Source: an uncultured archaeon (GTDB taxonomy: Archaea; Iainarchaeota; Iainarchaeia; Iainarchaeales; JAAZKV01). From it: DNA of 32,000 nt. The stretch lies in assembly GCA_964551375.1 (NCBI GenBank), contig CAZKBG010000002.1:15558-47557 (forward strand), in the 5' to 3' direction. Each line of letters begins with the position of its first letter. Position 1 is the first letter of the stretch. Positions 1 through 9,618 of the stretch are shown in pieces. The position numbers were made by a program, and so were the translations under genes. Below the pieces are notes generated by a model, which was not told where the DNA came from, made no database searches, and saw nothing but the letters and a program-made list of their open reading frames with translations.

Positions 1-2
1 CA

Positions 3-3000
3 GGAAATATAGGTTACGAAACAGTAGGACAGTTGAATACAGATAATACTGCACCTGTGTTTTCGAGTGTGGCTCTTGGGGCGGATGGTTATGTTAATTC
101 TGCTGAAGCAGCTGCGGGCGTGGACATTGTTGTTGCTATAACTGGTGTTGAAGATGGTAGGACTGTTGGTTGTGTTGTAACTGATGAAGGTTCTGCGCAT
201 AGTGTTGGTCCGGTAACTGGAACAACATCTGGCGGGGCGGTTACAATCGCTTCGACTGCTTTAACTAGTTTGACTGATGGTACAATAACTGTGACTTGTG
301 GTGTTTCTGATGTTGCTGGGAATTTGGCGGTTGATGGAACAGACACAGCGGTAAAAGATGTTTTAGCACCAACATTCACTGATACTGCTGATGTTGATGC
401 TGGTCCAGTTAAAACTGACACTATAACTGTTACAATCACTGGCGCTGCTGGTGGAGATTATGGTTTTAGTTTAGATGATACTTGTAATGGGTCTGATACA
501 ATAGATCAACCATTTGGATCTACAGTTCCTTTTGATATTGCTGGTGATCACACTGATTATTTGTGTGTGAAAGCTACTGATGCAGCAGGAAATATAGGTT
601 ACGAAACTGTTGGGCAGTTGAATACAGATAATACGCCGCCTACTGTTGAGTTAACTCAAGCTCATGCGGATTTAATTGTTAAAGATGCTGATGCTGATGT
701 TACAATAACTGCGACATTTAATGAGAATATGGCTGATACACCAACTATTTCAATTGATGGTCCTGGTGAATGCGATATTACTAGTCAAGCAATGAGTGGT
801 TCTAATAAAGTTTGGACTTATGCTTGGAATGTTCCTGCTTTGTGTGATGGGGATGCAACAGTAACAGTTTCAGGAACAGATGTTGCAACAAATGCATATG
901 CTGGGGCAACAAATTTAGTTTTCACAATTGATAATACGGCTCCGTCGTTCACTGATACTGATGATGTTGATGCTGGTCCGGTTCAGACTGATACTATAAA
1001 TGTTACAATTACTGGCGCTGCTAGTGGATTTTATGGTTTTAGTGAAAACGCTACTTGTGATGGCGACGATACAATAAATCAAGCGTTTACATCTGGAGTT
1101 TCTTTTGATATTGCTGGTAATCACACTGATTATTTGTGTGTGAAAGCTACTGATGCAGCAGGAAATATAGGTTACGAAACAGTAGGACAGTTGAATACAG
1201 ATAATACTGCACCGACAATTTCTATTCTGACGGATGATGAGGCTTTGAATAAAGGTGATACTGCAGTAATAACTTTTACATTGTCTGCAGCTTCAGTTAA
1301 TTTTAGTCAAGAAGATGTTGATGTAGTTGGCGGGTCGTTATCTGATTGGACTGCTGTTAGTGGAACTTCATACACAGTAGTTTTTACCCCAACTGATGAT
1401 AGTACAACTGGTGCCACAGTGGATGTGCAAGCAGGCAAGTTTACTGATGCTGCGGGAAATAGCAATACTGCTGCGACACAAGAAACTATGACTGTCGATA
1501 CAGTTGCTCCTTCAGTTGAGATTACTGATGATGAGACTGGTACTGCGAATATTGCTGGTGGGAGTGTTACTTTTACATTCACATTTAGTGAGCCAGTAAC
1601 TGGATTTGCAACTGGTGATGTTGTTGTTAGTGGTGGATCTAAAGGTACTTTTACAGCAGTATCTTCTACGGTTTACACTTTGGTAGTGACACCTAATGAG
1701 ATGGAAGGTAATTTGACTGTTGATGTTGCTGCTGGTGTAGCAGTTGATGCTGCGTCAAATGGTAATACAATTGCTGTTCAAAGGGTACAAGCGGTTGATA
1801 CAGTAAGACCAACAGTTGCGATTACTGATGATGAGGACGGTACTGCGAATATTGCTGGTGGGAGTGTTACTTTTACATTCACATTTAGTGAGCCAGTAAC
1901 TGGATTTGCAACTGGTGATGTTGTTGTTAGTGGTGGATCTAAAGGTACTTTTACAGCAGTATCTTCTACGGTTTACACTTTGGTAGTGACACCTAATGAG
2001 ATGGAAGGTAATTTGACTGTTGATGTTGCTGCTGGTGTAGCAGTTGATGCTGTGTCAAATAGTAATACGATTGCTGTGACTGATGTACAAGCGGTTGATA
2101 CAGTAAGACCAACAGTTGCATTAACTTATAGTGATAATCCGGCAAATGCAGGGCAAATGACTATAACTGCAACTTATTCAGAGGCAATGTCAGGAACTCC
2201 AAAAATTAGTGTTGATCAATGGGGTACTACTGATATAACAGAGGCTAGTATGACTGGCGGTCCAATTGTTTGGACATATATATACACAGTTAATGCTGCT
2301 TTGAGCCCAACATATATTGATGGCTCTGCAACTGTTAGTTTGTCTACAGTAACAGATGTTGTTGGAAATAATTCAAATTCTCCAACAAATACAACATTCA
2401 TAATTGACACTTCAGGTCCAGCAAATTATATAACTAATCCTAATGCAGGATCAACTGTAAGCTCTCCATTCCAGTTATCAATTGATACTGATGGAACAGC
2501 AAGCGGCTGCCAGTATAAGGATTCAACATTTACTTACGGCACAGGAACCGATATGAATGTTTCAGGAACAAGCTTCTATTCATTAATTACAACAACAAAT
2601 GGAAGCAAGACATATTATGTTATCTGCATAGATGCAGCAAGTAACACTATTGAAAGATCAAGGTCATTTATAGTGGCGGATGCTGATACAAATGCGCCAA
2701 GTTTATCTGGAGTTTCTGTTACCCCTGCACAAACAACTGCTAGTGTAGCATTCATTTCAAGTGAAGCGGGTAGTGCTAAAGTTGAATACGGATTGACTTT
2801 AACTCATGGAAATGCTACAAGCTATTCATCAATGATAGCAGGAGCTAATACAATTGTTCTTAGCGGGCTAAATTGTGGGACAACATACCATTACTCAGTT
2901 TATGGGAAAGATGCGACAAATAATGAACAAAGCACTGCTGATGCAAACTTCACAACAAGCGCATGCACCACATACGAATTTGAGTTCCCAAAAGCAGGAA

Positions 3001-3314
3001 CTGGATTTAGAGTATCAAGATTCGGAGACTTGATCTCAAGGTATGAGCTTTCAAACATGAGTATATGGAGTTCAAGCTTAGTTATGAGTGAATTCCTAAA
3101 TGCTAATGCCGGCCCAGCAGGCGAAAGAATAGCTGCTGCTGATGTAAACAATGTTTACATTTATGATTCAACAGATGGCTGGACAACAGTGGCTGACGAA
3201 AGCTTTGCTACGTACAACTTGTATAGTGAAGCACAGTTCTTGAATTACTTTGTATTCGAGATAAATGCTGATGCAATTGGAAAATCAATTAGACATATAG
3301 AACCTGCAGATTGA
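3..3314 (+). CDS. Large secreted/surface protein with bacterial Ig-like (Big-type) repeats and a fibronectin-like segment; 5' end outside window
   Basis: Frame is open from the window edge (GNIGYETVGQLNTDNTAP...), the same motif that recurs internally, so the TTG at 33 is probably not the real start. Repeated beta-rich DTVAPxVxITDDE / TFTFSEPVTGF units. Confidence 0.85.
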   Translation, partial: GNIGYETVGQLNTDNTAPVFSSVALGADGYVNSAEAAAGVDIVVAITGVEDGRTVGCVVTDEGSAHSVGPVTGTTSGGAVTIASTALTSLTDGTITVTCGVSDVAGNLAVDGTDTAVKDVLAPTFTDTADVDAGPVKTDTITVTITGAAGGDYGFSLDDTCNGSDTIDQPFGSTVPFDIAGDHTDYLCVKATDAAGNIGYETVGQLNTDNTPPTVELTQAHADLIVKDADADVTITATFNENMADTPTISIDGPGECDITSQAMSGSNKVWTYAWNVPALCDGDATVTVSGTDVATNAYAGATNLVFTIDNTAPSFTDTDDVDAGPVQTDTINVTITGAASGFYGFSENATCDGDDTINQAFTSGVSFDIAGNHTDYLCVKATDAAGNIGYETVGQLNTDNTAPTISILTDDEALNKGDTAVITFTLSAASVNFSQEDVDVVGGSLSDWTAVSGTSYTVVFTPTDDSTTGATVDVQAGKFTDAAGNSNTAATQETMTVDTVAPSVEITDDETGTANIAGGSVTFTFTFSEPVTGFATGDVVVSGGSKGTFTAVSSTVYTLVVTPNEMEGNLTVDVAAGVAVDAASNGNTIAVQRVQAVDTVRPTVAITDDEDGTANIAGGSVTFTFTFSEPVTGFATGDVVVSGGSKGTFTAVSSTVYTLVVTPNEMEGNLTVDVAAGVAVDAVSNSNTIAVTDVQAVDTVRPTVALTYSDNPANAGQMTITATYSEAMSGTPKISVDQWGTTDITEASMTGGPIVWTYIYTVNAALSPTYIDGSATVSLSTVTDVVGNNSNSPTNTTFIIDTSGPANYITNPNAGSTVSSPFQLSIDTDGTASGCQYKDSTFTYGTGTDMNVSGTSFYSLITTTNGSKTYYVICIDAASNTIERSRSFIVADADTNAPSLSGVSVTPAQTTASVAFISSEAGSAKVEYGLTLTHGNATSYSSMIAGANTIVLSGLNCGTTYHYSVYGKDATNNEQSTADANFTTSACTTYEFEFPKAGTGFRVSRFGDLISRYELSNMSIWSSSLVMSEFLNANAGPAGERIAAADVNNVYIYDSTDGWTTVADESFATYNLYSEAQFLNYFVFEINADAIGKSIRHIEPAD
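377..1215 (+). repeat. Second repeat family with 573-nt offset (units starting near 377 and 950); the tail of a further copy begins the window
   Basis: 'cactgatactg...gatgttgatgctggtcc' and 'gcaggaaatataggttacgaaac' recur at a 573-nt offset; bases 1-50 match 1159-1208. Confidence 0.85.
1517..2116 (+). repeat. Two tandem 300-bp (100-aa) units encoding Ig-like domains
   Basis: Exact 300-nt offset; 1539-1752 and 1839-2052 are identical over 214 nt by line-by-line reading. Confidence 0.95.
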
Positions 3315-3384
3315 AGATTTTAAAAAATCTTCATTATTGCAAGCAGGGATTTAGTAAGCTTAGGTGAAATGGGGTTGATGAAGG

Positions 3385-4650
3385 ATGGTGAATAATATAT
3401 TTAAAATACTTTTTTCAACCATCTTCCTGTTAGTTCTAATTAGTTCAACTTTTGCTGTGGCAAATGAAAATTTTATTCCTTCAACAGCGCCTTGCTGGGT
3501 AAAAGGAAGCGTTCAAGGCTCAGGCTTTGATATTAACGGCGTTACTATTGGGGCTTATTCTGGAAATACTTTGCTAAAAAGCCAATTACTAAGCGCATCA
3601 GCGGACAATAATGCAGTTTTCAGCTTTAATTCTATTGGAGCAATTACTGGAGAAACTATTAGCATCAAAGTTTTAGGCGCAAATTTTAGAGATTTTAATT
3701 TTACTGGCTTTTGCAAAACAGATGGCAACCCATGGATTGTTCTTGAACAAATAACTGTTTCAAAACAAGCAAATGGAGTAGCTTGCACTGATAACGGCAT
3801 CTGCTCAAGCGGATATTGCAGCACAACCTGCCAGACAAGACCTATTGACACAGGCGGAAGCGGCTCTGGTGGCGGAGGCGGCGGTGGAGGCGGAGGTATG
3901 GGAGTTCCATCAGTAGAACCAGGAACCACAGTTGTATCAGAAACCACTGAAAATATTGATTCTAATCAAAGCGAATTAAGAAATGCTTTAGAAGAAATGA
4001 AAGATGAACAGGGAAATTCTTTATACACGTCAACTGAAGTAGCAGAAATGGTTGATAATTCAGCGGATTATGAATTTACTAGAACGGTTTTAGTTCAAAA
4101 AATAGTTTCAACTACAGGAGAAACAACATTCAAAATAACAGTTACTAATAAAGTTAGAAATAAATCAACTGACGAGCTAAAAGACGTTGTGGTTGTAGTA
4201 GAAGTGCCAAAAATAGTTGCTTCTAGTGCATCACAAATAACTTCACTGCTTCCTTTTACTGTTATAGTGAATGATCCTGTGCTTGAATTTAAAATAGCCG
4301 GTCTAAAAGCTGGTCAAAGCGAAAACATTGAATATTCAATAACAAAATCAGCAAATCTGGATTTAAGTAAAGTTAATTTTGCAGATCCTGTAATTAGAAC
4401 AGCAACAATAGTAACTGTTCCAACTATAAAGCCGGATAATAACGCAGACTTGAATAATAATAATCCAACTACTCCTATTGTTGTTATTACAGATGGGGAA
4501 AAGGAAGCAATTGAATCAAAGTGGGATCTTGGGTGGGTATCAGCTCCAATGATAATAATACCAATAATATTAATAATTGTGATAATACTTGTGGTATCAT
4601 TTATGAAAAAAGGCGGAAGAGATAGTGGTGGATTAACTTTTCATAATTAG
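3385..4650 (+). CDS. Secreted membrane-anchored protein with Cys-rich motif, poly-Gly linker and C-terminal TM helix
   Basis: N-terminal hydrophobic signal (IFKILFSTIFLLVLISSTFAVA), CTDNGICSSGYCSTTC, GGSGSGGGGGGGGGGMG, C-terminal MIIIPIILIIVIILVVSFMKKGGR. Confidence 0.8.
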   Translation: MVNNIFKILFSTIFLLVLISSTFAVANENFIPSTAPCWVKGSVQGSGFDINGVTIGAYSGNTLLKSQLLSASADNNAVFSFNSIGAITGETISIKVLGANFRDFNFTGFCKTDGNPWIVLEQITVSKQANGVACTDNGICSSGYCSTTCQTRPIDTGGSGSGGGGGGGGGGMGVPSVEPGTTVVSETTENIDSNQSELRNALEEMKDEQGNSLYTSTEVAEMVDNSADYEFTRTVLVQKIVSTTGETTFKITVTNKVRNKSTDELKDVVVVVEVPKIVASSASQITSLLPFTVIVNDPVLEFKIAGLKAGQSENIEYSITKSANLDLSKVNFADPVIRTATIVTVPTIKPDNNADLNNNNPTTPIVVITDGEKEAIESKWDLGWVSAPMIIIPIILIIVIILVVSFMKKGGRDSGGLTFHN

Positions 4651-4756
4651 GAAAAATAACTTTTAATAAGCCAAATTTAATTCACTAATCAGAATATTAG
4701 TGAGATATGCCTTGATTTAAAATAGCTATTGTTCCTATTTAATCATAAGTGATTTA

Positions 4757-5461
4757 GTGAAAAAGAAAATAAAACTACGAAAAAGCGCAGCCTTTGAAGA
4801 GAAATCCATTCACAATAGCGCAAAAAACTTTTTTCTTAAGTACAAGGGCTTCACATTCGCGCTAATTGCGACAATTGTGATAATTATAGCATTTCTTTTT
4901 GTTAACTTTGATATTGACTTGGCGCAGGAAAAAGCCAATTATGCAAAAGAAATGCATGAAAATAATATGGATCTTTTTATCGGATATGAAAGCGCAATAG
5001 GGGAAATAAGCGCAATTGAAGAGACAAACACGCTTAATGATGATTATACCGCATCAATGAAAGATGATGTTTTGTGGCTTAAAGAAAAAGAAAACAACAT
5101 TTACAATTCAACTCCGCGATCAGAGGTTTTTTCAAAAGAAGTTGCAATAACAATGCTTACACAGGCAATAATGCAGGTAAATTCAGATTATGCAATGGAA
5201 ACTGGACAGATAGATTATGACGACAAAATAAAAGAGTCGCTCATGCTTGAAGTTAAAGAACTCAAGCTCCTAACTGCTGAAGAAATTACCGCAACTTTTC
5301 CAACAGTGCTTGATAAACAAATATACCTTGACAATTTGAATCTGCTTTGGAAAGAATACTTTGATTCCAAACAAAGCATCATAAAAATAACCGCTTCAAA
5401 AGAAAGAAAATATGTGGAAGCAAGAAAATTAATCTGGATGACGGAATATTATCTTGAATAA
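4757..5461 (+). CDS. Single-TM hypothetical protein, GTG start
   Basis: 234-aa ORF; basic N-terminus followed by FTFALIATIVIIIAFLFV; soluble helical remainder. Confidence 0.75.
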   Translation: MKKKIKLRKSAAFEEKSIHNSAKNFFLKYKGFTFALIATIVIIIAFLFVNFDIDLAQEKANYAKEMHENNMDLFIGYESAIGEISAIEETNTLNDDYTASMKDDVLWLKEKENNIYNSTPRSEVFSKEVAITMLTQAIMQVNSDYAMETGQIDYDDKIKESLMLEVKELKLLTAEEITATFPTVLDKQIYLDNLNLLWKEYFDSKQSIIKITASKERKYVEARKLIWMTEYYLE

Positions 5462-5545
5462 TTAAAATAAACTTGATTTTATCAAGTATTTGGGGTTATT
5501 AAATTAGTTTTTATTTTTGGCAAATTAGTTTTTGTTTTTAGTAAA

Positions 5546-6253
5546 CTATTTCTTGTTTTTTGACATCATTTCAAGCAGTTCATTAAGCGACAACTGCCCA
5601 AGTTCCCTGTCTCCAAGTGAAAAATTTCCGCGCTTAGGAGGACTCAACCAGATTCTGTTAAATCCTTTATCATCAACATCCTTAAAGTAGCCCTGAATTT
5701 TCTTAAAATAAATCCTTGATTCAATAGAAAGATCCTTGTAAGTCTTTGAAAAAAGCTTGCAAAACGGATAATTTTCCCTAAAGCCGGGCATTGCAATAAA
5801 AGGAAACTGCCTGCACGGCTCAGGTCTTGCTGAATATATCCCGCACGAGTTGTCGGCGTCAATGTAAACGCAGGCATTTCTTTTCTCAATTTTGGTCTTG
5901 TTATTAAAAAAAGAAAAAGTGTTTTTTTCTTCTCTTTTCAGCACAACCTGCGGAACAACAAAAAAACTTTCTGGAATTGGGTTTAATTCTTTTTTTAATA
6001 AATCAATAATTCTTTTTGGAAACATTGCGCTTTGGAAAGTCAGCACTCCTGGAGTGGATTTTGGGTAAATTTTAACATCAAGAACGCAATCTTCATCTAA
6101 AAATTTTGACTTGGTTTTTCCTAAAAGTTTTGAAATCTTAACTGCATCGCTTGGAAGCACTGTAATCCAATATTTCTTGCAGCACTCCCCGCACTCAAGG
6201 CACAATGCGGACTCCTCTTTTTTTGAAAGTTTTGACTCTTTTAGTTGCGCCAT
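5546..6253 (-). CDS. YkgJ-type zinc/iron-chelating CxxxCxxCC domain protein
   Basis: CLECGECCKKYW...CVYIDADNSCGIYSARPEPCRQFPF. ATG at 6253 (MAQLKESK) chosen over the track's GTG at 6316. Confidence 0.8.
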   Translation of the reverse strand: MAQLKESKLSKKEESALCLECGECCKKYWITVLPSDAVKISKLLGKTKSKFLDEDCVLDVKIYPKSTPGVLTFQSAMFPKRIIDLLKKELNPIPESFFVVPQVVLKREEKNTFSFFNNKTKIEKRNACVYIDADNSCGIYSARPEPCRQFPFIAMPGFRENYPFCKLFSKTYKDLSIESRIYFKKIQGYFKDVDDKGFNRIWLSPPKRGNFSLGDRELGQLSLNELLEMMSKNKK

Positions 6254-6349
6254 TTGATTTTGATTGTGAAAGGAAGGCTTTAAAAGTTTATTAACAGCAA
6301 GTTTTGTATAAGGCACAGCAAAGCTATAAGTTGCTTTTTAGGGTTTAAT

Positions 6350-6422
6350 GCCTCTATGGCTCAGTTGGTAGAGCGCCAGTTTTGTAAACTGGATGTCGTG
6401 GGTTCGAATCCCACTAGAGGCT
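6350..6422 (+). tRNA. tRNA-Thr(TGT)
   Basis: 73-nt cloverleaf: GCCTCTA/TAGAGGC acceptor, GCTC/GAGC D stem, CCAGT-TTTGTAA-ACTGG anticodon arm, GTGGG-TTCGAAT-CCCAC T arm. Confidence 0.97.
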
Positions 6423-6572
6423 TAGTTCTTTTTTTGAATAAATTAATACACTCTTGAAGCTTAGTTGCTGCGTTTTTAATAACTGCGATGAGCGGGGCAA
6501 TATAAAAAGCCAAAATAAATTTTGCTTGAGATGAATGCGGACAGACAAATCAGTTAATATCTAACGATTAGG

Positions 6573-6582
6573 TATTTAAATA
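6573..6582 (+). promoter_or_regulatory. TATA-like box upstream of the 6603 gene
   Basis: TATTTAAATA about 25-30 nt before the ATG at 6603, compatible with a near-leaderless transcript. Confidence 0.45.
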
Positions 6583-6602
6583 AAAAAGTCTTATTTATCC
6601 TG

Positions 6603-7277
6603 ATGGATTTACTAAAGCAAGCGCTGAATAAAATGCTTATATCAAAGCTGTTTGCTGTCATAGTTACGCTAATAGGGATAGTTGTCTGCGCAGGATGGAT
6701 GCTTAATATTCCTCTATTGACGAACATCTCGACTGACTTTGTTTCAATGAAGTTCATCACTTCAGTAATGTTTATTCTTTCAGGAATAATGATTTATTTA
6801 ATTATAAGGCGAGTTGAAGACAAGTACGGCGAAGTAGGAGATTTGATTATCCAGTTTTGTGTAATTCTTGCGATGTTTTTAGTTGTTGTTCCGCTTGTAT
6901 CAAGCATATTTGCAATTCCAACAGGCATTGAAAATATTTTTATAAGAGAAAGTGCTTCCGCAGTGAAAACAGTTGCTCCAGGGCTTCCTGCAATTCCAAC
7001 GCTTATATCATTTGCCTTGATTATTTCGGTTGTTCTGACGCTTGTGGCATTTAGGGAAAATATAAATCTAATAACTGGATTAAGCAGGCTTGCTGGAATA
7101 ATAATTTTATTTATCGGGGCTGTGGCGTGCGCTGGATATATTTTTGGAATTCAGATTCTTTATTATTATATCCCTGGAGTGACCACCGCAATTGCAGTTC
7201 ATACAAGCATTGCGTTTGTTTTATGCGGAGCTGCACTTGTAATTTGCGGGTTAAACAAGATTAAGGTGAGCGAATGA
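6603..7277 (+). CDS. Polytopic membrane protein of unknown function
   Basis: 224-aa ORF with repeated hydrophobic helices; its end overlaps the next ORF start. Confidence 0.8.
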   Translation: MDLLKQALNKMLISKLFAVIVTLIGIVVCAGWMLNIPLLTNISTDFVSMKFITSVMFILSGIMIYLIIRRVEDKYGEVGDLIIQFCVILAMFLVVVPLVSSIFAIPTGIENIFIRESASAVKTVAPGLPAIPTLISFALIISVVLTLVAFRENINLITGLSRLAGIIILFIGAVACAGYIFGIQILYYYIPGVTTAIAVHTSIAFVLCGAALVICGLNKIKVSE

Positions 7278-8833
7278 GGCTTCAGACAAAACTTGTAATT
7301 CTATTTTTGCTGATGGTTATTCTGCCAATGATGTTTTTATCCACTTTTTTAATTGAAAATGCGCACGATATTTCAAAGAAAAAAGTTTCACAGAATCTGA
7401 TAGGCATTTCGGAATTAAAGAAAGCAGAACTTGAGATGTTTTTTGATGATGTTTCAAAAGATGTGCTGTTTCAAAGCGAGTCAGACAAAATAATTGATTC
7501 AGTGGTAATTCTATCAAAACCTGCTGGCGCAGCTTCTTCAAATGAACTAAACAGCTCAAAAGAAACTCTGTTTGACACTTTTGTTTCGCATAATTCAAAA
7601 TTTGGAATAATATCAGTCGATATATTTGACCGATTTGGGAACATGATTTATCAGCAAGGGGCGGAGAATAACAACGGTCTTAATCTTAGCTATGATTCGG
7701 AAGCGGTATTTAGAAACACAAAAAGAGGAAATGTTTTGTTTGAAGACATTTATGACGACAATATTAATCCACAAAAAATGCTCGGAGTTCTTGCATCAGC
7801 TCCTGTTTATGATGATACTGACAGACTCATTGGGTTTGTCGTATATAAAATATCAATAAACCGCGTGAATTTGATTGCATCAAACTTTAACGGACTTGGA
7901 GAAACAGGCGAGATTATTTACTCAACAGCAAAGGCAAACAAGATAATTTTCCTTTTCCAGCCGAGAAATTATACCGGAGCTTCATTTGAAGGGGATTTTG
8001 TTCTCGGCTCGCAATATGGGATTGCAACACAGAATGCGCTAAAAAAAGAAGTTGGGTTTGGTGAAATTATTGATTACAGACGCGTTGAAAGCGTTGCTTC
8101 GTGGAATTATATCAGCCAGACAGGATGGGGGCTCGTGGTAAAAGTTGACAAAAAAGAAGTGTACGCTGAAGTTGACAATCTTGTTAATGCAACAATTATA
8201 ATAATTATTACATTCTGCATATTCATAGGGCTATTAATTTTTGTTCTTTCACGCTCTATTGCAATGCCGATAAATAATCTTTCAAAAAGCATTTCTTTAA
8301 TTACAAAAGGCCAGTTTGACGTTCAAATAAAAAGATCCGAGCTTACTGAAATTGCAGGGCTTGGGGATTCTATTGAAAGAATTCTTTCAAGTCTAAAACT
8401 TGCGATGCTGCATTATGACATATCAAAAGAGGAACTAATGCTTGACGATGCTGTTAAATTAAAAAAGAAAGCAGAAAAAGAATTTGAGATGGAGAAAATA
8501 TTTTTGGAGAATTTAATCAACACGCTCCCAGATCCGATATTTGTAAAGGACAGGCAGCACAAGTGGATTTTACTTAATAATGCCTTCTGCAAATTTATGG
8601 GGTACAGGCGCGAAATACTTCTTGGAAAAAGCGATTATGATTTCTTTCCAAAAAAAGAAGCGGATGTATTTTGGAAAAAAGACGAGCTTGTTTTTACAAC
8701 AGGCAAAGAAAATGTCAATACTGAAAATTTTACCGATGCTAAAGGACAAACTCATAAAATTACCACTACAAAAAGGCTTTGCTCTTATGGCGAAGGAGAA
8801 TATGTTATTGTGGGATTAATTAAAGAAGAATAA
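7274..8833 (+). CDS. Transmembrane sensor: extracellular Cache-like domain, HAMP-like linker, C-terminal PAS domain, no recognisable output domain
   Basis: N-terminal TM, ~230-aa outer domain, second TM (ATIIIIITFCIFIGLLIFVLS), SIAMPINNLSKSISLITKGQFD, then LINTLPDPIFVKDRQHKWILLNNAFCKFMGYRREILLGKSDYDFFP. The protein ends after the PAS domain. Confidence 0.8.
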   Translation: MRLQTKLVILFLLMVILPMMFLSTFLIENAHDISKKKVSQNLIGISELKKAELEMFFDDVSKDVLFQSESDKIIDSVVILSKPAGAASSNELNSSKETLFDTFVSHNSKFGIISVDIFDRFGNMIYQQGAENNNGLNLSYDSEAVFRNTKRGNVLFEDIYDDNINPQKMLGVLASAPVYDDTDRLIGFVVYKISINRVNLIASNFNGLGETGEIIYSTAKANKIIFLFQPRNYTGASFEGDFVLGSQYGIATQNALKKEVGFGEIIDYRRVESVASWNYISQTGWGLVVKVDKKEVYAEVDNLVNATIIIIITFCIFIGLLIFVLSRSIAMPINNLSKSISLITKGQFDVQIKRSELTEIAGLGDSIERILSSLKLAMLHYDISKEELMLDDAVKLKKKAEKEFEMEKIFLENLINTLPDPIFVKDRQHKWILLNNAFCKFMGYRREILLGKSDYDFFPKKEADVFWKKDELVFTTGKENVNTENFTDAKGQTHKITTTKRLCSYGEGEYVIVGLIKEE

Positions 8834-8951
8834 TTTTATTGTTTCTTGTTAAAAAAAATTATTAGTCGTTATCATGCGGATTTCTATTTGTGCGCCCTAA
8901 AAACGCTTTGAAGTTAAACTAAAATATTAAAATTTAAAAAAAAAGATAGAA

Positions 8952-8972
8952 AAAGAAGCTTTTGGCTTCTTT
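8952..8972. terminator. Hairpin in the convergent intergenic region
   Basis: AAAGAAGC-TTTTG-GCTTCTTT: perfect 8-bp stem between the 8833 gene end and the 9057 gene end. Confidence 0.4.
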
Positions 8973-9056
8973 CTCTGACAAACTTATTAACAAATATAAT
9001 AATTAATGAGAAACCTTTTGGATTCCTCATCAATGTTAAATATTCATCAACAAATT

Positions 9057-9299
9057 TTACTGCTCTTCAGAATCGCTAGAGTCTGAGTCAGATGGGCCTC
9101 TTCCGCCGCCTCTAAAATCAGGTCTTCTAGTTGGTCTATCGTTTTTGTGCTTCTGGTAGCAGTCTCTGCAGTAAACTGGTCTTCCTTCAATTGGCTTGAA
9201 AGGAACTTCAGTCTCTGTTCCGCAGTCAGAGCATGTTGCCTTGTGCATTTCTCTTGGGCCGCCGAAGCTAGGCCTACTTCCAAATCTTCTATTATCCAT
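9057..9299 (-). CDS. CxxC-x17-CxxC zinc-ribbon small protein
   Basis: CSDCGTETEVPFKPIEGRPVYCRDC: exactly 17 residues between the CxxC pairs; R/G-rich and acidic C-terminal tail. Confidence 0.85.
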   Translation of the reverse strand: MDNRRFGSRPSFGGPREMHKATCSDCGTETEVPFKPIEGRPVYCRDCYQKHKNDRPTRRPDFRGGGRGPSDSDSSDSEEQ

Positions 9300-9618
9300 T
9301 TATTTTTCACCTTATGTTCAAAAAAGCTAATACATCAGCAAGACGCTTTTGAGGGCATCTAATGCTTTATTATAGGGCTTTCTGTAAGAAAATTATTGGG
9401 CGAAGGGGGTTATAAAGGTTTGGAAAGGGGGTAGCCGGCAAAGCAAAATCGCTTATAAGTAACTCTTTACAGTGAAAGGAAGTTTTTTATAAGGTTTTTT
9501 ACAGAAATAATATAGAATAGCGTGGGATAATTTTTGAATCGGCGCTGTTAGCGCTGTTTTAAGTTAAGGGAAAAATTAGTGAAATTAGAGTGAAAGTTAG
9601 TGCAAGTTTACTGATGTG

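Noticed and set aside
33-35. TTG at 33 as the start of the first large protein
   Set aside because: The frame is open to the window edge and encodes the same repeat motif seen internally, so the CDS almost certainly starts upstream.
377-2116. CRISPR-like or mobile-element interpretation of the repeats
   Set aside because: Repeats are long, in frame and encode Ig-like domains, with no short repeats plus unique spacers. No CRISPR array, transposase or IS ends were noticed anywhere in the window.
7274-8833. Complete histidine kinase annotation
   Set aside because: No H-box or ATPase motifs follow the PAS domain before the stop codon.
9147-9362. Plus-strand ORF overlapping the zinc-ribbon gene
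   Set aside because: Sits opposite a convincing conserved small protein, and its own translation has no recognisable domain.
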